A stretch of 64,000 nt of DNA from an uncultured Chloroflexia bacterium (GTDB lineage Bacteria > Chloroflexota > Anaerolineae > Anaerolineales > Anaerolineaceae). Positions 61,153 through 64,000 of this stretch are shown here, piece after piece. The DNA lies in assembly GCA_963767675.1 (NCBI GenBank), contig CAVYEQ010000006.1, positions 19,526-83,525 of the forward strand, in the 5' to 3' direction. Position numbers and translations under genes: made by a program. The notes under the pieces were generated by a model. It saw nothing but the letters and a program-made list of their open reading frames with translations, ran no database searches and was not told the origin of the DNA. Numbering within the stretch: the stretch's first letter is position 1; each line of letters starts with the position of its first letter.

Positions 61153-61623
61153 ATGCCACCTGCTCCCCGAAAACTGCATAAATGGCATTTCCTGGCCCTG
61201 GGTGTTGTTCTGGTCTACCTTTCAATTTACCTGTGGTACTGGAATTGGCGGACCCTCGGCATCCCATGGCCGCTGCAGCCGGAGCATTTCATGACTCTGG
61301 CATCCTTCGTGGTGGGTATGTTCGTCCTGGGGCTGTTTGTATACAGGCTGACACGCCGCCAGGTGACCATCATGCTGGTGGGGTTGGTGCTGGCAAATCT
61401 TATCGCTGCATTGACGACCTTATGGATCTACCGTACTTACCCGTCATTCTTCCAATTGATCAGGCCCTTGGAAATTGAAGCTTACGATCCGTCGTATGTG
61501 GTTGACTGGGAGAACTATTTTTTATTGCCCGTGCTCTACCTGTTTCACGGGGGTTTACTGCTGCTGTGGGTGGAGAGTCTGGTGATGTTTTTCATCCGTC
61601 AGCCATCGGACAGGCCTGACTGA
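61153..61623 (+). CDS. Hypothetical membrane protein (4 TM)
   Basis: Hydrophobic segments. Confidence 0.75.
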   Translation: MPPAPRKLHKWHFLALGVVLVYLSIYLWYWNWRTLGIPWPLQPEHFMTLASFVVGMFVLGLFVYRLTRRQVTIMLVGLVLANLIAALTTLWIYRTYPSFFQLIRPLEIEAYDPSYVVDWENYFLLPVLYLFHGGLLLLWVESLVMFFIRQPSDRPD

Positions 61624-61690
61624 CCAATCTGTCATTTTCACCTGTTTTCCTTTAAAATGGAGTAAGGTTCATCCCCAACAGGAGCTGCTC

Positions 61691-62647
61691 ATGGGCAAAA
61701 TGAAAACAAAATCCATCGTGTTATTATCGCTCATCATTATCCTCGCTCTTACATCCTGCGGTCTGGCGGATCTTATCAGCGATTCACCTGATGAAGGCCA
61801 GGTGCAAGAGACAGAGACAAAGGTTGTGAAGGACCTTGCAACTGCGACCATGAAAGCGCCTCTCCCCACACCTTCTGATACAGGCCTCCCACCAGTGAAT
61901 ACTCCACTCGCCCCGGGCATGATAACCGGCCAGCTATCCTTTCCCAGCGAGTACATCCCCCCACTGAGGATCATCGCCTTTGATGTGGATGACCTTGATA
62001 AGTTTTATGCTCTTGAAGTCACAACCGGGGATACCTATGTCATTGAAGTGCCAGCCGGCACCTATATTGTTCTATCCTACATGCTTGATCCTGATGTAGG
62101 TGACCCAGATTTTGCAGGCGGATATTCCGAGTTCGTCCTGTGCGGCCTGGAAGTTGGCTGCGAAGATCACAGCCTGGTGCCTGTGGAGGTGCAGCCTGGT
62201 GAGACAGTTTCAGATATTGACCTGGCGGATTGGTACCTGCCGATGAACCGGAGCGGTGAGTGGCCCAGCAATCCATTCGGTCCAGAGATCGGAACGATCC
62301 GCGGTCATCTGGGCTTCCCCAGTGAATACATCCCGCCGCTGCTTATTGTCGCCTTTGACACGACCTCACAGGAATACTACACCGTGGAAACACAAAGCAA
62401 TCAAACCGAATACGAGATGGATTTGCCGCCTGGAACGTATCACGTCCTCGCTTATGTTCAGGAGGAAGGATCTGATTTCGTGGGAGGATATTCTGTTTTT
62501 GTGACATGCGGACTTAGCGTCGACTGCACGGATCACAGCCTGATTGATGTCGTGGTCATTGATGGGGAGATCACTGAGGATGTTGACCCGGTGGATTTCT
62601 ATGTCCTACCCGACGAAGTGGACTGGCCAGAAAACCCGTGCACCTGA
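61691..62647 (+). CDS. Lipoprotein with two tandem homologous beta domains
   Basis: LTSC lipobox; duplicated GxLxFPSEYIPPL...GGYS..V.CGL...C.DHSL. Confidence 0.82.
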   Translation: MGKMKTKSIVLLSLIIILALTSCGLADLISDSPDEGQVQETETKVVKDLATATMKAPLPTPSDTGLPPVNTPLAPGMITGQLSFPSEYIPPLRIIAFDVDDLDKFYALEVTTGDTYVIEVPAGTYIVLSYMLDPDVGDPDFAGGYSEFVLCGLEVGCEDHSLVPVEVQPGETVSDIDLADWYLPMNRSGEWPSNPFGPEIGTIRGHLGFPSEYIPPLLIVAFDTTSQEYYTVETQSNQTEYEMDLPPGTYHVLAYVQEEGSDFVGGYSVFVTCGLSVDCTDHSLIDVVVIDGEITEDVDPVDFYVLPDEVDWPENPCT

Positions 62648-62756
62648 CAGAATAACTAACTGGATCAGTCTGATCCGGAATAATTGACGGAAGTTGTTTT
62701 TTAAGGTGTCATGTATCCAACCACAAGGAAGTTATGAAAATAGAGGATTGTGAATA

Positions 62757-63410
62757 ATGATTGATCTCCTGAGATCCCCACGAGGTTTCCAGCTATTTGG
62801 GTTGCTTGGTTCCCTGATTGGTGTGTTTGGCTCTTTGATCACTGCAATAGTTTATCGTGGAAAAGAAGGCCAATCTTATTCCCCCCTAAATCATTATGTT
62901 TCTGAATTGGGTGAGGTTGGCGTCTCCAAATTGGCCTGGGTCTTCAACCTCAGTTTGATCCTCTCAGGTTTGTTTCTGATGCCCGCATGCATCAGCCTGG
63001 GATTGATCCTGCCGGGCTTTCTGGCGAAGATCGGGATGGTGGTTGGTGTTGTTTGTTCGATCTGCCTTTCTCTCGTGGGTGTATTTCCGATGAACAAAGA
63101 AAAAGCCCATGGCATTTTCGCCATGTGGTTTTTTCGTACCGGATTGGTGATGGTCTTCCTTTTCAGCCTGGCAATCGCCTTTCAGCGTGCGCCGGTTCTG
63201 GTCCTCTCGCGATGGTTGGCATTTGTAGGTTTACCTGCGATGCTTTCCTTTTCAGCATTCTTGATCATGGCACCAAAAATACCTGAGGAGGAGAATCCAC
63301 TTTCAAATGAGGATATTGATCGCCCGAATGCCTGGCCACTGGTGATCGTGGAATGGTTGATCTTCCTGACGATCGTATTGTGGTTTGTGGCGATTGCTTT
63401 AGGATTTTAG
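62757..63410 (+). CDS. DUF998-family membrane protein
   Basis: YSPLNHYVSELG, FN, VGVFP...H, EW. Confidence 0.82.
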   Translation: MIDLLRSPRGFQLFGLLGSLIGVFGSLITAIVYRGKEGQSYSPLNHYVSELGEVGVSKLAWVFNLSLILSGLFLMPACISLGLILPGFLAKIGMVVGVVCSICLSLVGVFPMNKEKAHGIFAMWFFRTGLVMVFLFSLAIAFQRAPVLVLSRWLAFVGLPAMLSFSAFLIMAPKIPEEENPLSNEDIDRPNAWPLVIVEWLIFLTIVLWFVAIALGF

Positions 63411-63633
63411 AGAGTGCGAGAAGTTAAGAGGAGCACAACTCGTTTACTTGTGATGGTTGATCATGGTAGAAGATAATGCTAAAAAATGAATAAGTAGACT
63501 TTCTGGAAAATCGGTCGTAGGGACCGAAAGGTCAGTCGGATCAATCTGATCTGGATTAGTTTTATATCGATGGGTGTGAAATCCACTCGCATTCTAATGA
63601 AGTAAATATTCGGTTATGGTGAAATGAAATCCT

Positions 63634-64000
63634 ATGAAAGAATTTCTTAACTCCCCTCAAATCTTCCAACTATTCGGATCGATTGGCTGCTTGATTGCAT
63701 TAGGTGGCTCGCTGGTCGCAGCGATCTTTTACCGCGGCAAAGAAGGTGAGTCGTATTCAGTACTCAACCACTATATGTCTGAATTGGGCGAGGTGGGTGT
63801 GTCCAAACTGGCCTGGGTCTTCAACATCAGTATGATCCTGGCGGGAATAAGCCTGGCCCTCGCTTGCATAAGCCTGGGATTGGTCCTCCCGGGAATTGCA
63901 CCGGTTATTGCCATAGAGTTTGGTATCTTCTATGCTGTTTGCCTCAGCCTTGTTGGTGTGTTCCCAATGAATAAACCAAAGCCTCATGGCAACGCAGTAT
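63634..64000 (+). CDS. Second DUF998-family paralog, 3' truncated by window edge
   Basis: Open frame MKEFLNSPQIFQLFG...YSVLNHYMSELGEVGVSKLAWVFN; absent from the ORF track because it has no stop. Confidence 0.82.
   Translation, partial: MKEFLNSPQIFQLFGSIGCLIALGGSLVAAIFYRGKEGESYSVLNHYMSELGEVGVSKLAWVFNISMILAGISLALACISLGLVLPGIAPVIAIEFGIFYAVCLSLVGVFPMNKPKPHGNAV

Noticed and set aside
63512-63590. Structured ncRNA (GACC-GAAA-GGTC hairpin, GGATCAATCTGATC)
   Set aside because: No recognisable family; the GGATCARTCTGATC part also precedes the other DUF998 paralog, so it may be a duplicated regulatory site

Overview
Bacterial chromosomal window. Gene content, a GAAC-N4-GTTC SOS-type box and the many lipoproteins suggest an anaerobic Chloroflexota (Anaerolineae-like) organism; this is inference. 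About 15 genes carry single-base frameshifts, including conserved housekeeping genes, which is most consistent with uncorrected long-read assembly errors. Content: a DtxR-feoA-split feoB-feoC iron uptake operon, a Na+-translocating acyl-CoA decarboxylase operon (mmdA/D/C/B-like), assorted enzymes, and a long accessory stretch (about 23.5-50.9 kb). That stretch holds paralogous lipoproteins, an orphan RiPP-like precursor peptide, an AT-rich two-gene island with a HEPN-motif protein, and a heliorhodopsin. No tRNA, rRNA, CRISPR array, transposase or reverse transcriptase was recognised. The most unusual signal is non-coding. Intergenic regions are filled with several REP-like palindrome families that occur in both empty and filled forms. 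The main filler is a quantised 21-nt unit (a GNA-triloop mini-hairpin plus a second small hairpin, with covariation) present in about 20 copies, inserted singly, in tandem triplets and nested inside itself.
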